Below, in pieces: positions 9,224 to 17,832 of a stretch of DNA of 64,000 bases; within the stretch, counting starts at the first letter, position 1; every line of letters starts with the position of its first letter. Source of the DNA: an uncultured bacterium (GTDB lineage Bacteria; Patescibacteriota; Patescibacteriia; 2-12-FULL-60-25); NCBI GenBank assembly GCA_937949995.1, contig CALFEO010000002.1, positions 1,090 through 65,089 on the forward strand, written 5' to 3'. Made by a program: the position numbers and the translations under genes. Below the pieces are notes generated by a model that ran no database searches, had not been told where the DNA came from, and saw nothing but the letters and a program-made list of their open reading frames with translations.

Positions 9224-10090
9224 ATGCCTAAAACGACTGAACTAAAAATCAGAGATACCAGACACAGAGAAACCTTTGTCATGGATGATGAGTTTTTGAA
9301 CGGGTATTCGGCTGTGTGCGGTATCTATGCAACCGGCGTGTACATGGCTTTATGCCGGCACGCAAATCGAGAGCAAGAAGCATGGCCGAGCATTGAGTCA
9401 TTAGCCGAAAAGCTGGGGATCAATCGTAAAACAGTAATGAGCGGAATTAAAAAATTAGAGGAGTGGGGAGTGATAACGAAAGAAACCGCAAGGAACACAT
9501 CCGGCAAATACGACAATGCGGTTTACACCCTGCTTGATAGATCGGTTTGGAAGCCCCTACCGAGTCCGTCAGAGGGACACGGCAAAGCCCCTACCGAGTC
9601 CGTCAGAGGGACACGGCACCAAGTCCGTCTGGTACCACAGCCAAGTCCGTCTCAGTCCCAAAACCAAGTCCGTGTGGCGGACCATAAGGTAACACAGGGA
9701 GAAGGTAACACAGAGGAAGGTAATACCCCCCTACCCCCCACAGGGGGAATCGTGGCACAGCCACAGGGGGGAATCGACCAAAGCTATTTCGATAATCCAA
9801 GACAGGAAATCCAAATCATCGGACTCTATGCCCAAGCCAAGAAGTGCGTTTTTGAAAATATCGAGCAAGCTCAAAGCTTTGTCCGGCGCAATTTATTGCC
9901 GGCTCGTAACCTCAAAGGCTACCGCCACGAGCGAATTCACGAGGTCATGAACTACCTCGCCAACAACGCAAACTTCAAGTGGACGCTTGAGACCGTGGCC
10001 AAGTACATCGACGAAGACCTGGCGCGAAATAACAAAAACTCTATTCCCACAATCCAAATTGAAAAACTAATCAGAGTCGAAGAATTATGA
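9224..10090 (+). CDS. winged-helix replication initiator-like protein
   Basis: N-terminal wHTH (WPSIESLAEKLGINRKTVMSGIKKLEEWGVI) as in phage O/DnaD-like initiators. The low-complexity middle is encoded by DNA repeats. Confidence 0.55.
   Translation: MPKTTELKIRDTRHRETFVMDDEFLNGYSAVCGIYATGVYMALCRHANREQEAWPSIESLAEKLGINRKTVMSGIKKLEEWGVITKETARNTSGKYDNAVYTLLDRSVWKPLPSPSEGHGKAPTESVRGTRHQVRLVPQPSPSQSQNQVRVADHKVTQGEGNTEEGNTPLPPTGGIVAQPQGGIDQSYFDNPRQEIQIIGLYAQAKKCVFENIEQAQSFVRRNLLPARNLKGYRHERIHEVMNYLANNANFKWTLETVAKYIDEDLARNNKNSIPTIQIEKLIRVEEL
9551..9780. repeat. iteron cluster (candidate phage origin) inside the initiator gene
   Basis: 34-bp unit x2 (9553, 9587); agtccgt core x5 (9563, 9597, 9622, 9644, 9667); aaggtaacacag x2; cacaggggg(g)aatcg x2. 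Confidence 0.6.
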
Positions 10091-10647
10091 GCTACACGCT
10101 GAAATATTTAATCAACGGCCGTAAGAAAATCGTTTCCTTGAACGATTGGCAAGCGAGTCAAATGCAAGCTGAGCTGGCCAGAGAGGGCACGCACATCAAC
10201 ATCGGCGAAGACACGGCACAAAAAAAACATGTCGAGATTGAAAAAGACTCGGAGACGCAAGTAAAAAAAGGCGACTTGCGCACCGAACTCAACCGCGCCG
10301 CCAACTTCTGCAAGATTTGCAACCGCAGGGGATTCATCCTCATGGCAGACGGGCAAATGCACCCCTGCAAGTGTCAAATCGCCGTTAAACAAGCTCACGG
10401 CAAGGACGGATACGATTACAGCCTCTACGGCGACGAAAACGTCAAAACGGACGTTAAACTCCTTGAGCCGGACAAAGCCGAAATCCCGAAACTCGATGAT
10501 ATGCAAATCAGAGCCGGAATGATTCGAGCGATCAAATCCGCAATCGACGCCAACCCCAATCTCAATCCAAGTCAATTTTTTAACTCAATCATCGAGCGGT
10601 ACGCAATCGCTCCCGAGGAGGTCAAACTCCCGACTAATGCGTGGTAA
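10087..10647 (+). CDS. hypothetical phage protein with Cys cluster
   Basis: CKICNRRG...HPCKC (4 Cys) suggests a small zinc-binding element; otherwise unassigned. Confidence 0.45.
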   Translation: MSYTLKYLINGRKKIVSLNDWQASQMQAELAREGTHINIGEDTAQKKHVEIEKDSETQVKKGDLRTELNRAANFCKICNRRGFILMADGQMHPCKCQIAVKQAHGKDGYDYSLYGDENVKTDVKLLEPDKAEIPKLDDMQIRAGMIRAIKSAIDANPNLNPSQFFNSIIERYAIAPEEVKLPTNAW

Positions 10648-10649
10648 AT

Positions 10650-10886
10650 ATGCAACAAATCTCACAAATAATCATCAGCGAGGAATACTCAAAAACCCTT
10701 GATGAAGCTCGCAGGGCTTACGTGAAGTTGGAAATAGACGAGCGATTCGTTCAGCGCAAAGCCTTTGGCGATTCCAAGGCACAGGAGGCTTTGGCACAAC
10801 TCAAACACAAGAAGCAAGTGCAGAAAGAAGCGATTGAGTTCTTGGAGGAAAAGCAAGCCGAAGCTGAGACATGGAAGCTCGACTAA
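10650..10886 (+). CDS. hypothetical coiled-coil phage protein
   Basis: Track ORF starts at GTG 10641; first ATG at 10650, just after the upstream stop. Confidence 0.4.
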   Translation: MQQISQIIISEEYSKTLDEARRAYVKLEIDERFVQRKAFGDSKAQEALAQLKHKKQVQKEAIEFLEEKQAEAETWKLD

Positions 10887-11149
10887 CAGCCAGAGCGCAA
10901 AGCTGTGAATACTGCGGGAGGTGGTGTGATTCAGGGGAGTACGTCATCCACCACCTCTACCAGCGGTCATTGCGTCCGGACCTAATCGACGATCCAAAAA
11001 ACAAAATTACGCTTTGCGGGATGTGCCACAAGCTGGCGCATGACAACCGGAAAATTGAACTTTATTTAATCGCAACTTTCTATGGAAAAACCAGATTATC
11101 TCGAACGGGTAATGCCGTGGACGACGAACGAGGACTTGAAGATTTTTGA
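10871..11149 (+). CDS. HNH endonuclease
   Basis: CEYCGRW...HH...ITLCGMCHKLAH: a complete HNH/zinc-finger motif. HNH genes commonly accompany HK97-type packaging modules. Confidence 0.8.
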   Translation: MEARLTARAQSCEYCGRWCDSGEYVIHHLYQRSLRPDLIDDPKNKITLCGMCHKLAHDNRKIELYLIATFYGKTRLSRTGNAVDDERGLEDF

Positions 11150-11477
11150 GAACGTCGACCTTATCAGGCAAGCCATACGAGCCAATAACGGGATCCTGAT
11201 ACCGCAAGAGAATACCAGAGCACTGGCAATCATGAGCAACTTCTACCGAATCATGTGCGAGAAAGCAGGCAAAGCCAAAGCAATGAGGGATGAGTACTTT
11301 GCCGAGCTCCTAAAGCAAGACATGGCTATAGGGCGGGCAGAGGGATTATCCAAGGGTTCAGAGTTTGGCCAAAAGCGCACTTACTACCAAGCCGTAGCGG
11401 ACGGATACCTCGAAGTCATTAACGCACTTAAAAAAATCAATGAATATCACGAAAACACCGCCAAAGGACTGTTTTAG
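11082..11477 (+). CDS. hypothetical phage protein
   Basis: ATG at 11082 (or 11112) overlapping the HNH 3' end; helical; no motif. Confidence 0.45.
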   Translation: MEKPDYLERVMPWTTNEDLKIFENVDLIRQAIRANNGILIPQENTRALAIMSNFYRIMCEKAGKAKAMRDEYFAELLKQDMAIGRAEGLSKGSEFGQKRTYYQAVADGYLEVINALKKINEYHENTAKGLF

Positions 11478-11553
11478 TCCTCTTGGCCGCCGGCGAAAGA
11501 ACCGCGGAACAGGGCGGTTATAAACCAAGTATTTGCCGGTAGCAGAGAGGATT

Positions 11554-11970
11554 ATGAGAGGAGGAATCAATTATTTTAAGCTCGGATATTCCGATACCTA
11601 CAAGGCGAAGTATATCCGCGCCCCAATCAATCCGACTTGGCCGGCACCCTTAAAATCACTCTTAAAACGGCTTGACGATGTACTCGAAGACTTTCACCGC
11701 TATAAGCACTACAAATGCGAGAAAATGGCAGAATCGCGCCTCAAGGAAGCCGATAGACTCACTATTCACCTGCTCATGTATCAAGAGCAGATAAGAACTT
11801 TCAATATGACCGTATGCCTATCACCCCGTATTTTGCAGGCCGTGCAATGTTCCAAGTGCCACGTCAGAGTCATCCCAGAGCCGGAATGGGATAACGACGG
11901 GATCAACTGGAACATCATCGGCGCGCATTGTCCGCTTTGTCAAAGTAAATTAAAGATTGAGGAAAAATAA
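11554..11970 (+). CDS. hypothetical phage protein with C-terminal zinc ribbon
   Basis: Track start 11533 is TTG; ATG 11554 has SD agagagg. CSKCH...CPLC motif. Confidence 0.5.
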   Translation: MRGGINYFKLGYSDTYKAKYIRAPINPTWPAPLKSLLKRLDDVLEDFHRYKHYKCEKMAESRLKEADRLTIHLLMYQEQIRTFNMTVCLSPRILQAVQCSKCHVRVIPEPEWDNDGINWNIIGAHCPLCQSKLKIEEK

Positions 11971-12039
11971 TTATGCAAATGACCAAAAAACAAGCAACTC
12001 CCGAGCAAGTAGAAAAGTGGTTTGTAAATAAAATATGAT

Positions 12040-12198
12040 ATGCCATGGATTCGAAAGTCGGACGGCGGATATGAATGGAAAAAGGGCAATAATAGACCGA
12101 GGGTGTATCGTAAGATGATCAACGTCGTATACACGAAAAACAAGGTTGTGGACAATTCACCCGCCAAAAAGCAGACAAGCAGTAGACTGCAAGCATAA
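12040..12198 (+). CDS. possible small basic protein (52 aa)
   Basis: Below the track threshold. ATG overlaps the stop of a 21-codon ORF (11973-12038). Lys/Arg-rich. Confidence 0.25.
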   Translation: MPWIRKSDGGYEWKKGNNRPRVYRKMINVVYTKNKVVDNSPAKKQTSSRLQA

Positions 12199-12215
12199 TA
12201 CTTAAGACTATCAAT

Positions 12216-12524
12216 ATGGGATACCCTAAAAGAACCTTAGACGCTATCGTAGCCGCCTTGTCTGGCGCAGTAGCCGCCGCCGCAATAACCACGCTTATTG
12301 CCGTTACAGGAACGTTTACAAATCTGAACGTGTACGGAACAGCAAACCTCAAAGACGTAAATGCTACGGGAACAGTGGCAATCGTAGGCACTCTTTCACA
12401 AGGAGAAGCCAGCTCAACCAATTACGTATACTTCGGCACAGCAGACGGGTGCGGAGCCATGGTATTCGCGGCCAGCGGAACCACACCGACACTCACCCCG
12501 ACATCGACAAGCTTTTGCAATTAG
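12216..12524 (+). CDS. small N-terminally hydrophobic fibre-like protein with Cys...CN C-terminal module
   Basis: Hydrophobic N-terminus (AIVAALSGAVAAAAITTLIAV). The last ~41 aa align with the C-terminus of 23039..23956 (GEAxSTxY..G..DGC....F..S.T.PT..PTSTSxCN). Confidence 0.55.
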   Translation: MGYPKRTLDAIVAALSGAVAAAAITTLIAVTGTFTNLNVYGTANLKDVNATGTVAIVGTLSQGEASSTNYVYFGTADGCGAMVFAASGTTPTLTPTSTSFCN

Positions 12525-12531
12525 ACAACAA

Positions 12532-12604
12532 GTCTCCCCGCCCCTCACCGAAAGGTGGGGATCAAATGGAATCCTCTTATCATTGCGATAAGGGGCGGGG
12601 AGAC
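12532..12604 (+). promoter_or_regulatory. 14-bp stem structure forming the tRNA 5' leader / terminator of the upstream gene
   Basis: gtctccccgcccct (12532-12545) pairs perfectly with aggggcggggagac (12591-12604). A competing hairpin ccc(t)cacc-GAAA-ggtgggg overlaps the 5' arm. Confidence 0.45.
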
Positions 12605-12608
12605 TCAT

Positions 12609-12684
12609 CGCGCCGTAGAGCAGACAGCAGCTCGCTTGCCTCATAAGCAAGAGGTCGTGGGTGCAAGTCCCACCGGTGCCACCA
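12609..12684 (+). tRNA. tRNA-Met (anticodon CAT), phage-encoded, with encoded CCA
   Basis: Manual cloverleaf: acceptor cgcgccg/cggtgcc (C1xC72 unpaired), D stem gagc/gctc, anticodon stem cttgc/gcaag, loop ctCATaa, variable aggtc, T stem gtggg/cccac, then A-CCA. Confidence 0.75.
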
Positions 12685-12782
12685 ATGGTAATTAAGGCCT
12701 AAAACCAAAATTGCCAGTACATCCCAACCTGATGTGCATAAATCCCGCCTCACAAGGGCGGTTTTATGTATGGTTAGAGTAT

Positions 12783-13286
12783 ATGGCACGAAAGAAAAAA
12801 AAGCCTCTAAAAGCCTCTAAAGCACCTAAAAAGCCAGCACATCGTCCAACGAGCTGGAAGAAGGAATACAATGACGCAATCGTCAAGTTTTTTAGTGAAG
12901 AGCCATTAAGACTATTTTTTGATAAAGTCAACAAACCTCATCTGGTGGCAAATAAACCGCCTACGTTTGAGAAATTCGCTGACAAGATTGGTGTCTGTGT
13001 TGACTCGATGAACGAGTGGCAAAAGGAAGAGAATAAGAAAAAATACCCTGGGTTTTCCGAATCTTACGCGCGCGCGAAGCAATTACAGAAGGATTTTCTT
13101 ATGGCTATCGGCTCCACGAACGCAGGCAATGCGAGCTTTTGCATTTTCATGCTCAAGAACAATCACGGCATGAGAGACAAGACCGAAGTTGACCAGAACG
13201 TCAAAATCGACAACCTGCAAGATGTAATCAATCAAGCCTATGAGCAAGCCGACAATTCAGGAAATGCTAAAGACATGGCAGAATAG
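12783..13286 (+). CDS. terminase small subunit
   Basis: ATG 12783 (MARKKKKPL). Basic N-terminus, HTH-like region, FMLKNNHGMRDK motif typical of small terminase subunits; directly upstream of TerL. Confidence 0.65.
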   Translation: MARKKKKPLKASKAPKKPAHRPTSWKKEYNDAIVKFFSEEPLRLFFDKVNKPHLVANKPPTFEKFADKIGVCVDSMNEWQKEENKKKYPGFSESYARAKQLQKDFLMAIGSTNAGNASFCIFMLKNNHGMRDKTEVDQNVKIDNLQDVINQAYEQADNSGNAKDMAE

Positions 13287-14619
13287 GCCAGATGTCTTTT
13301 TTCGCACTCTCTGGCCGGACATTGTGATGTGGGACAAATTAGAAGAGGTATGTAATTCGGTGGTCAATCATCGGCGAACATCTATTCGTTCCGGTCATGG
13401 CATAGGTAAAACGTGGGTTCTGGCACGTCTGGCTATTTGGTTTTTAACTTGCTTCAAGCCTTCAATCGTCCTTACCACGGCACCAACCGGCAGACAGGTG
13501 GAAAAGTTACTCTGGGGTGAATTGCATACGGCATATAACAGCTCGAAGATTCCTTTGGGGGGTAAATTGCTTAATACGCAATGGAAGATATCGGAGAACA
13601 ACTACGCTATAGGTTTCGCAACCAACGAATCACTCGATCAAAGAGAGTTCGGCTCCACCAAACTACAAGGCTTCCACTCTCCCAATTTGCTGATACTTCT
13701 TGATGAGGCGGCAGGTATACCGCAGGAAATCTACACGGCTATCAGCTCGCTTATTACAGGCGAGAATAATCGTGTCGTGGCCATCGGCAATCCTACCAGT
13801 CCCACCGGACCATTTTTTGAAACATTCAAAAGCTCAATTTGGCATAACATCAATATCTCCTGCTTCGATCATCCCAATGTTAAGACCGGCAAGACGGTTA
13901 TTCCAGGGGCTGTAACACGGGAATGGCTGGAAGAGCGCAGAGAGGAATGGGGAGAGAACACTCCGCTTTGGGAGGCGAAGGTTTTGGGCAACTTCCCGAA
14001 AGAGGGGGCTGATACTCTGATACCGCTTACATGGATTGAAAATGCAATCAACAACGTCAATAAGATTGAGCCGGCGGGTAAGAGGGTTGTGGGGGCTGAT
14101 ATTGCGAGATATGGAGAGGATGAGACTGTGAGATACAAAGGCACCGGCAAGTTTTTTGATTTTATCGAGGCGACGAGAAAAGAGGGCACTATGCAGACAG
14201 CCGGACATCTTATTGCCGACAAGAGAGACCATAATGCCGAAATCATTGCGGTTGATGACACCGGAGTAGGTGGAGGCGTAACCGACAGGTTGAATGAACT
14301 TGGTGAGCCGGTACTTCCCATTAACTTTGGAGCCGGCGCAAAGGACGTAGAACGCTTTGCCAACCTCAAAGCCGAGATATTTTGGCTGTTGCGCGAGAGC
14401 TTGCGTAAGACAGAGTGCCGGCTTCCTGACGATGACAAGCTCAAAAATCAGCTAGCAAGCATAAAATTTAAGTATACGTCCAAAGGACAGATACAGATCG
14501 AATCCAAAGACGACATGAAAAAGCGCGGGCTTAAATCACCCGACAGAGCTGACGCACTGGCCATAACTCATTACGCAGTCGATTCCTACACCTTGCCCGA
14601 ACTCTTGTGGATAGGTTGA
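13240..14619 (+). CDS. terminase large subunit
   Basis: Walker A SGHGIGKT, Walker B LLILLDEAAG, C-terminal RNaseH-like nuclease region (VGADIARYGEDETV...VDDTGVGGGV). Confidence 0.9.
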   Translation: MSKPTIQEMLKTWQNRPDVFFRTLWPDIVMWDKLEEVCNSVVNHRRTSIRSGHGIGKTWVLARLAIWFLTCFKPSIVLTTAPTGRQVEKLLWGELHTAYNSSKIPLGGKLLNTQWKISENNYAIGFATNESLDQREFGSTKLQGFHSPNLLILLDEAAGIPQEIYTAISSLITGENNRVVAIGNPTSPTGPFFETFKSSIWHNINISCFDHPNVKTGKTVIPGAVTREWLEERREEWGENTPLWEAKVLGNFPKEGADTLIPLTWIENAINNVNKIEPAGKRVVGADIARYGEDETVRYKGTGKFFDFIEATRKEGTMQTAGHLIADKRDHNAEIIAVDDTGVGGGVTDRLNELGEPVLPINFGAGAKDVERFANLKAEIFWLLRESLRKTECRLPDDDKLKNQLASIKFKYTSKGQIQIESKDDMKKRGLKSPDRADALAITHYAVDSYTLPELLWIG

Positions 14620-14654
14620 GCTTCTAAAATATGAATTATGCGAATCTGTAGAGA

Positions 14655-16718
14655 ATGAAACTCGTCCATAGATTCAAAGACGCTTTCGACGTCTTAACCA
14701 ACAAAAAAAGCCTTTTGCCGGCTTCGGAGATTATCGGCGCATTTTTCGGCGATTCAGGCGATAAAGGCAAGGTATACGGTTGGCAATACAAAGCCAGCCG
14801 TCTTTTAGCTGAGGAAGTAGGCTCGATTCCCTTGCACCTCTATCAAGTTAAGAATGACGCTTCATGGGATGAGATAGACACTCACCCGCTCTTGGAGCTG
14901 TTAGAGAGACCGAATCCCGACCAAATCAAATCCGAGCTCATAGAGACATTATCAATGCACCTCGACTTTTACGGCAACGCTTACATCTACCTCGAAAAAC
15001 AGGGCAATAAGATTACCGGCCTGCACGCCCTGCACCCGAGCGGAATCAAGGTGGAGAGAACAGGATTCCCCGCGACAGTAAGCTCATACCGCTACACCTA
15101 CAACGAAATCAACAACAAGCGCATAGAACGCAATGACATTATCCATATCCGTGAGACCAATCCGGATGACCCGCTTAAAGGTAAGGGTCCGATAGAGGCG
15201 GTCTATGACTCTGTGTATCTCGACAAGCAATCACGTATATGGAACAAGGCATTTTTCAAGAACTCGGCCAGACCCGACCTCTACCTCAAAACCAAATACA
15301 CATCCAGAGCGCAGACCGAATCCCTTAAGGCGCAGTTTGAAGACGCACACAGAGGCGCAACCAATGCCGGACGCATTGCCGTCTTGCCCGAGGGAGTGGA
15401 GCCCGAATCCGCAGGCTGGAACCAGAAAGATATTGATTTCGTGGAACAACTTCGCTTTACCCGCGATGACATCCTTTCGGCTCTCCGGACTCCGCATGTG
15501 GTGCTGGGACTTGGAGCGGGTGAGAACCTGAACCGCGCGACCGCTGAAACTACTGACTATGTTTACGCGCTCCGCACAATCAAACCTCGAATAAAGAGAA
15601 TCGTCGCATACTTGAACGCTTATCTGCTCCCAAGATTCGGCGAGAGGTTGATTTTGGATTTTGATGATCCCGTTCCCGAGAATGAGGATATGGCTATCCG
15701 CAAGCGTCAAGCTTCTTTGGGCAACGCTCCCTATCAGAGTATTAACGAGGTGCGCGACGAAATGGGATTACAGCCAATCAAAAACGGCGACTCTGTCATG
15801 GGCCCGTTCAACCTTGCTCCCATAGGACAGACGCAAGACAAAAAAACTCCGCAGAAAAACATTTCGCAGAGAATCCACAAAGCAATCAACGACCAGAATA
15901 AGCTTGATGATAAAGTGAACAAGGTCGTCGGTGGAGTGATTAAAAGTCTCGAGGCGAGAATGGAGAAGCAAACCGAAGACATGAAGGAAGCGGAATGGAA
16001 GACTTTTGTTTCAAGAGTTCAGCCATACGAGAATCAAGCGCAAAAATTCATGAGTGATTACTCCGAGGCGATGACTGAGCGGGCCGTTACCGCCTTGGAG
16101 GAAGAAATGAAGGCCGTGGGAGCTAAAGACCTCCTGGACAAAGACGATGAAATGGGAATAATCATCGAGGGTTTTGAGCCTATCATGGCCGAGCTTATGG
16201 CAGTTGAGGGGGCCTATATAGCCGAAACCGTCGGCGGTGAGTTTGTAGCTACCGACCCAGTACAAGAAGCAATCAAGCAAAGCGTGCGGTTAATGGCCGA
16301 CTCATTCACGGAAACAACCATGGAATTGCTGGAAAACCAGCTAAATGAGGGCATTTCAGCGGGGGAGGGGATAGGGGAGCTGGCCAAGCGTATTCGTGAA
16401 ATAGGGGAGTTTTCCAGCCAATCCAGAGCCAAAACCGTGGCGCGTACCGAGAGTTACCGCATAGCCAATAAGGCGGCCAAAGAGGCTTATATCCAGTCGA
16501 GCATTGAGGAACTGATTTGGTACACGGCAGGCGACGAAAGAGTGTGCGAATTTTGCGGACCGATGGACGGCAAAGTTGTAAAAACAACCGAAGTATTTTT
16601 CAAGCTTGGCGATGAAGTGCAAGGCTCTAAGGGCGGGAAAATGCAGGTTAAATATTCTGACATCGAGGGCGGAGCGTTACACAGTAATTGCAGATGTCAG
16701 ATTCGCGCGAACGTTTAA
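14655..16718 (+). CDS. portal protein fused to a Mu F / SPP1 gp7-like head-morphogenesis domain
   Basis: HK97-type portal N-terminal ~420 aa (HPLLELLERPNP...), then C-terminal ARTESYRIAN...WYTAGDERVCEFCGPMDGKVV...HSNCRCQI (Mu F domain). Confidence 0.85.
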   Translation: MKLVHRFKDAFDVLTNKKSLLPASEIIGAFFGDSGDKGKVYGWQYKASRLLAEEVGSIPLHLYQVKNDASWDEIDTHPLLELLERPNPDQIKSELIETLSMHLDFYGNAYIYLEKQGNKITGLHALHPSGIKVERTGFPATVSSYRYTYNEINNKRIERNDIIHIRETNPDDPLKGKGPIEAVYDSVYLDKQSRIWNKAFFKNSARPDLYLKTKYTSRAQTESLKAQFEDAHRGATNAGRIAVLPEGVEPESAGWNQKDIDFVEQLRFTRDDILSALRTPHVVLGLGAGENLNRATAETTDYVYALRTIKPRIKRIVAYLNAYLLPRFGERLILDFDDPVPENEDMAIRKRQASLGNAPYQSINEVRDEMGLQPIKNGDSVMGPFNLAPIGQTQDKKTPQKNISQRIHKAINDQNKLDDKVNKVVGGVIKSLEARMEKQTEDMKEAEWKTFVSRVQPYENQAQKFMSDYSEAMTERAVTALEEEMKAVGAKDLLDKDDEMGIIIEGFEPIMAELMAVEGAYIAETVGGEFVATDPVQEAIKQSVRLMADSFTETTMELLENQLNEGISAGEGIGELAKRIREIGEFSSQSRAKTVARTESYRIANKAAKEAYIQSSIEELIWYTAGDERVCEFCGPMDGKVVKTTEVFFKLGDEVQGSKGGKMQVKYSDIEGGALHSNCRCQIRANV

Positions 16719-16768
16719 TGTGGATAAAACACTCTTAATCAGCAACAAAAATCGTATCCTTGAATCAT

Positions 16769-17827
16769 ATGAAAAAAGAAATAATTTCGCTTAAAGCGTC
16801 AATCCAAGAAGTGAACGGGAAAATGACCATTGTAGCCTCGGACGAGACAGTGGACAGATCCGGCGAAGTGGTTCGCGCACGGCAATGGGACTTGAGCAAT
16901 TTCCTGAAATCACCGCGCTTGCTGGTTGACCACGATTACTCTGTTAAGAGTATCGTCGGCAAAGCCGTAAACGCCAGAGTCGAAAACGCCAAGCTGTTGT
17001 TTGAGCCTCTGTACCACGATATAACCGAACTTGCGCGCCAAGTTAAGGAAATGGTAGACCAGGGTTTTTTAGACACCGTATCGGTCGGTTTTATTCGTAA
17101 GGGAGAGGGTAATAACGTGGTCAATGAATTGCTGGAAATAAGTTTTGTCGCCGTTCCTGCCAATCCCAATGCGCGGGTGCTTGCAGTCAAGGATATTGGA
17201 GCAGATGACGAAAGAGCAATCAAGGAGTTTATTGATGACGAAAACTTTGATGATGAGGATGAGATTATTGAGGAAGCCGAGCAAGAAGATGATGAGGTAG
17301 AGGAAAAGGGCGTAATAGATGACACGCTCAATGAAGCAAAGAACAAACGAAACGAAAAGTACAAACTGTTTGATCCGATATATTACAGGTTTTGGGATTT
17401 TTGCGACGCTTACATGAACGCAAACGTTGAGCCGGAGAGATTAAAGGAGTTTTGGGATGATTTCGTTGCCGGCGTGAACTCCATACTTGCGAGCGGAGAG
17501 CGGACTAACAAGACAATCAAAGCCATAGCCATGGAATACATCCAAGCCAAAGGATTGGAAGTTAAAAGCGGAAAGGTTTTATCCGGCAAGAACAAGGAGA
17601 AAGTTAGCGGCGCGATTGAATCAATGAAACAAGCTACCGGCGCCTTGCAGAGCGTTTTAGACGCCTCTGAGGGTTCCGATGAGAGTAAATCTCAAAAACA
17701 AAGGTCGAGTGGCGCAGGGTCTGATGTAGAGGCTATGGAGCAGTTTCTACTACTCAAGAAGGCTTTGCGCGCCGTCAATACGGCAACCTCAGAAGCTCTG
17801 GCTAAATCAAAAACTCTTAACAAGTAA
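16769..17827 (+). CDS. prohead protease (HK97/S78 family) with C-terminal scaffold-like extension
   Basis: Track start is TTG; ATG at 16769. ASDETVDRSGEVV...LLVDHD...VSVGF...EISFVAVPANPNA, then an acidic/coiled-coil tail. Confidence 0.85.
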   Translation: MKKEIISLKASIQEVNGKMTIVASDETVDRSGEVVRARQWDLSNFLKSPRLLVDHDYSVKSIVGKAVNARVENAKLLFEPLYHDITELARQVKEMVDQGFLDTVSVGFIRKGEGNNVVNELLEISFVAVPANPNARVLAVKDIGADDERAIKEFIDDENFDDEDEIIEEAEQEDDEVEEKGVIDDTLNEAKNKRNEKYKLFDPIYYRFWDFCDAYMNANVEPERLKEFWDDFVAGVNSILASGERTNKTIKAIAMEYIQAKGLEVKSGKVLSGKNKEKVSGAIESMKQATGALQSVLDASEGSDESKSQKQRSSGAGSDVEAMEQFLLLKKALRAVNTATSEALAKSKTLNK

Positions 17828-17832
17828 AAATT

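Noticed and set aside
12119-12421. ORF 12119..12421(-) antisense to the small fibre-like gene
   Set aside because: It mirrors an Ala/Thr/Val-rich + strand gene whose C-terminus has a paralog, and all other prophage genes are on the + strand.
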